Below, piece after piece: positions 61,158 through 64,000 of a stretch of DNA of 64,000 bases (its first letter is position 1; each line of letters starts with the position of its first letter). Origin of the DNA: an uncultured Candidatus Peregrinibacteria bacterium (GTDB lineage Bacteria > Patescibacteriota > Gracilibacteria > Peribacterales > Peribacteraceae); assembly GCA_903854335.1 (NCBI GenBank), contig CAINVY010000003.1:21955-85954 (forward strand). The letters are read 5' to 3'. The notes under the pieces are model-generated. The model was not told the DNA's origin. It searched no databases and saw only the letters and a program-made list of their open reading frames with translations. A program made the position numbers and the translations under genes.

Positions 61158-61411
61158 AGGTATCCGAAGTTCAAATCGTTCCCGTGAAACCTGACGATGG
61201 TCTGGTCGCCTTCGCAGCGTGTGTCATCGATGACAGTTTCTATCTCGGTTCCATCGCCATCTTCACACGACTCGATGGTGGTTACCGTCTCGTCTACCCG
61301 ACGAAGAAGATCGGTAACCGTCATTTGCACTACCACCACCCGATTTCAAAGGAGGCAAGTAAAGCCATTGAGGACGCCATCCAAACGCGAGTCCAAGAAC
61401 TTTTTTCTTAA
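61154..61411 (+). CDS. SpoVG family nucleic-acid-binding protein
   Basis: MKVSEVQI..GLVAFA..VIDD.F....I.I..G..LVYP.KK..HPI. Confidence 0.8.
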   Translation: MKVSEVQIVPVKPDDGLVAFAACVIDDSFYLGSIAIFTRLDGGYRLVYPTKKIGNRHLHYHHPISKEASKAIEDAIQTRVQELFS

Positions 61412-61430
61412 CTTCCTTCCCACTCATGTT

Positions 61431-63446
61431 ATGACAAGTAATAACGAGAACGGTGCTCCTCTCTGGATACAGAAGTTCGTCCATCGGAACGAACCGCTTC
61501 AAGAAGACCCCGCCTTCCTAGAAGCCCAGAAGTTCCTTAACTATTTCACAGGGCATGTCATCCAGTACCTTCATGACGAAGACCCTGCGAAAAACCCAGA
61601 CAAGGCCTTCTGCACTCAACATTTCGATCCACAGGAGGCGACGCGGAAACAATTGGAAGGATGCGGGGTGTTCTTTACCCCAAACGCTTTCAAGGGAGCG
61701 CGGAGGACCGAATGTCTCGACAAGGTTCAGTCCGTTTTCGTCGACATCGATCTTGCGAAGGAAGGAGACGGGACTCCACGAGAAGAAATCGAAAAACGAA
61801 AGACTGAGGCACTTGTGAAGGTGATGTCTCTTCCGCTGAGGCCTCATGGGGCATGGTACACAAAGAACGGCCTTCAGGTCGTCTGGCTTCTGCAACCATC
61901 TGGAAAGGAAGCGAAGGAGCGTTTCGACGAAGTGGAGGCAATGCTGATCGCGATCTTGGACGCCGATCCCAATGCGAAGGATGTTACAAGGGTTCTTCGG
62001 CTCCCAAACTTCTTACACCTCAAAAATCCATTCGATCCCTACCTATGCCAACTCGTTTATAACGAGATGGACAGGGCGCGTTTTGATCTCGATGAGGTAC
62101 TGGGCACTCTGCGTACCATAGAAGTTTTTGGAGGGAAGACGACTGGTGCGACAAACGAGCACTCTCGGAAAGTTGAACTGAAAAAATGGCAGGAATCGAA
62201 AGACGGTGTTTCGCTTGGGAATCGTAATGCAGCCGCTACAACTGTTGTAGGCCGCATCCTCCACGATCTCGCCGAAGAACTATGGGAAACAGTTGGGTTC
62301 GGTGGCCTGAAGGCATGGAACGAACAAAACACACCTCCTCTGCCCGAAAAGGAGCTACGTAGCGTCTTTGACAGCATCTCTGAAAGCGAGAGACGAAGAA
62401 GGAAATCTATTCTCGATTCTCGATTACCCCTATATACGAATCGAGATAATCGGGAAACCGAGCAGCCTTCATTTGCTCTCCAATCCATCGGCGACTTCCT
62501 AGCCGAGCCAGAGGAGACTCTGGATTGGGTCGTGCAAGATTTATTACCTGCTGGCGGTTTCTCCCTATGTGTCGCGAAGCCCAAGGTGGGCAAGAGCACA
62601 GAGGCACGCAACCTCATTCGGTGCGTTGCGCGAGGGGAGCCGTATCTGGGACGAGCGACTACGCAAGGGAAAGTGCTATATCTCGCCTTCGAGGAGAAGC
62701 GAGGTGAAGTGCGAAAGCAATTCGCGCAGATGGGACTTTCATCCGATGATCCCATCCTATTGTTTGTCGATTCAGCCCTTGATGGAGGATTGAAAGCCTT
62801 GGGCAAGGCAATTACAGAGGAACACCCCATCCTCGTTGTTGTTGATCCCTTGTTTCTGCTCCTGCCTGTCAAAGACGTCAACGATTACGCAGACCTCATG
62901 AAGAAATTGGACCCGCTTCGTTCGCTGGCTCGCGAGAACGGATGTCATATTCAGTCTACGCATCATGCAAACAAGATGGGAGGGTCAGGAGGTGATAGCG
63001 TCCTCGGCAGCACAGCGATCTTTGGGACGGTCGATACATTGATCCAGATGCGAAAGAGAGATGACGGATCTCGAATCATCCACAGCCTCCAACGCTATGG
63101 GACAGACTTGCCAGAGACAGTGTTGTCCCTTGACCGAGAAACGGGTCTAACTGCCACTCTCGGCGATCTCGAAACAATTCAGACAAGGGATGTCGAGGGT
63201 GACGTCTTTGATGCCATGGGGGACGAGGAGCTTACGGAACCTCAGATTCGTGACAAAGTTGGTGGCAATCAAAGACTAACCTCGAAGGCGATCCGAACAC
63301 TTCATGATGCGGGAAAGCTCACGCGCACGGGGAATGGAACGCGTGGCAGTCCGTTCCGCTATCGCCTCGCAGGTAAGGATGTAGCGGCTCCTGTGGTCGT
63401 GCAGACTGGCGGTTCCGAACCACAGATATCGATACCGTCGTGTTGA
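61431..63446 (+). CDS. Primase-helicase fusion (RepB-like primase + PriCT-1 + AAA_25/RecA-like helicase + wHTH)
   Basis: FVDID, TKNGLQVVW, D..KDVTRVLRLP; GNRN..WN..PPLPEKEL; AKPKVGKS, VVDPL, HHANK, GSTAI. Confidence 0.85.
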   Translation: MTSNNENGAPLWIQKFVHRNEPLQEDPAFLEAQKFLNYFTGHVIQYLHDEDPAKNPDKAFCTQHFDPQEATRKQLEGCGVFFTPNAFKGARRTECLDKVQSVFVDIDLAKEGDGTPREEIEKRKTEALVKVMSLPLRPHGAWYTKNGLQVVWLLQPSGKEAKERFDEVEAMLIAILDADPNAKDVTRVLRLPNFLHLKNPFDPYLCQLVYNEMDRARFDLDEVLGTLRTIEVFGGKTTGATNEHSRKVELKKWQESKDGVSLGNRNAAATTVVGRILHDLAEELWETVGFGGLKAWNEQNTPPLPEKELRSVFDSISESERRRRKSILDSRLPLYTNRDNRETEQPSFALQSIGDFLAEPEETLDWVVQDLLPAGGFSLCVAKPKVGKSTEARNLIRCVARGEPYLGRATTQGKVLYLAFEEKRGEVRKQFAQMGLSSDDPILLFVDSALDGGLKALGKAITEEHPILVVVDPLFLLLPVKDVNDYADLMKKLDPLRSLARENGCHIQSTHHANKMGGSGGDSVLGSTAIFGTVDTLIQMRKRDDGSRIIHSLQRYGTDLPETVLSLDRETGLTATLGDLETIQTRDVEGDVFDAMGDEELTEPQIRDKVGGNQRLTSKAIRTLHDAGKLTRTGNGTRGSPFRYRLAGKDVAAPVVVQTGGSEPQISIPSC

Positions 63447-63527
63447 GGGCTTTGATGGTTTTTGCGTTGAACAAGCGTCATTTCCCTGACAGACCCTATA
63501 CTCAATTCAACGACTAAAAGATATGAT

Positions 63528-63549
63528 CTCTGGTGACCCATCCCACCAT
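63528..63549 (+). repeat. attR of element 2
   Basis: CTCTGGTGACCC-ATCC-CACCAT; the arm is inverted relative to 53509-53520 and the core matches 53501-53506. Confidence 0.9.
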
Positions 63550-63578
63550 CATTCGCTTCGCGAAAGGCGGGGCAACAC

Positions 63579-63917
63579 TCACGATTTACTCGAACGATAC
63601 GTAATGACATGCGCCCTCTCGAGTGTGACGAGCCCGTCTTTTACCATCGCATCCAAAGCAGGAAGGAAGGAATCAATTTTCTCTTCCGTATCCACAATTT
63701 CAATCACAATCGGAAGATCCGATGAAAGCTCCAGAATTTTTGACGAATGCAAATGACTGTTCGCCCCGAATCCCAGCATTCCCCGAAGAACCGTTGCCCC
63801 CGCAAGACCGCTCCTGCGCGCCTCGAGAACGATTGCTTCGTAGAGAGGACGTCCTTCGAATTTGTCTCCTTCGCCAATGAGAATCCGAAGGAGCTTTGAA
63901 TCGGCATCGAGTCGCAT
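63579..63917 (-). CDS. DUF190 family protein (PII-like, crcB-associated)
   Basis: LRI.IGEGDK..GRPLYE..GATVLRG..GFG..LS.DLPIVIEIVD. Confidence 0.9.
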   Translation of the reverse strand: MRLDADSKLLRILIGEGDKFEGRPLYEAIVLEARRSGLAGATVLRGMLGFGANSHLHSSKILELSSDLPIVIEIVDTEEKIDSFLPALDAMVKDGLVTLERAHVITYRSSKS

Positions 63918-63934
63918 GGGATGAGTATACCCTC

Positions 63935-64000
63935 TCAGAGAATCCTCCCAATACCCAAGCCCGCAATCATCAACACAATACCGAGTACCGTCTGTCCTGC
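63935..64000 (-). CDS. crcB: Probable fluoride channel CrcB/Fluc, C-terminal end (partial)
   Basis: AGQTVLGIVLMIAGLGIGRIL* TM helix directly upstream of DUF190; the call rests on context. Confidence 0.6.
   Translation of the reverse strand, partial: AGQTVLGIVLMIAGLGIGRIL

Larger units (their letters stand above)
53501..63549. mobile_element. Integrated element 2 (10,043 bp; serine recombinase, terS-like, SpoVG, primase-helicase; satellite-like)
   Basis: Core CACCAT at 53501-53506 and 63544-63549; inner 12-bp inverted arms GGGTCACCAGAG (53509-53520) and CTCTGGTGACCC (63528-63539); lower GC content. Confidence 0.9.

Noticed and set aside
63359-63610. 83-aa minus-strand ORF as an independent gene
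   Set aside because: It straddles attR; the part inside the element is better explained as the excised-state tail of integrase 2.

Overview
Chromosomal window from a Patescibacteria (CPR) bacterium, most like Peribacteria/Peregrinibacteria. The taxon is inferred from gene content; TGA is used as a stop codon. The backbone carries infB (partial), a DHH phosphoesterase, eno, lgt, thrS, dnaA, rseP, comF, dut, ftsZ/ftsA, a 5'-3' exonuclease, truB, prs, ruvC, recF, rpmG, trxB, murL-murD2, grpE, DUF190/crcB and six tRNAs (Pro, Val, Lys, Ile, Leu, Met/Ile2). The main result is two complete integrated elements: 8,777 bp at tRNA-Val (14171-22957) and 10,043 bp at tRNA-CAT (53501-63549). Each has a large serine recombinase whose reading frame runs through the attachment site at the tRNA ACCA end. 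When integrated, each integrase stops in the tRNA T-loop. Joining the element ends by hand shows that excision would give each integrase a new ~60-aa C-terminus. Both elements carry a small-terminase-like gene and no capsid genes, which fits a phage-satellite lifestyle, plus defence-like and surface-protein cargo. Element 2 also has a SpoVG/primase-helicase module. Other observations: a C4-like switchable RNA structure in element 1, widespread apparently leaderless genes, tRNA-fragment duplications and 7-bp repeat arrays. All family calls come from motif recognition only; no searches were run.
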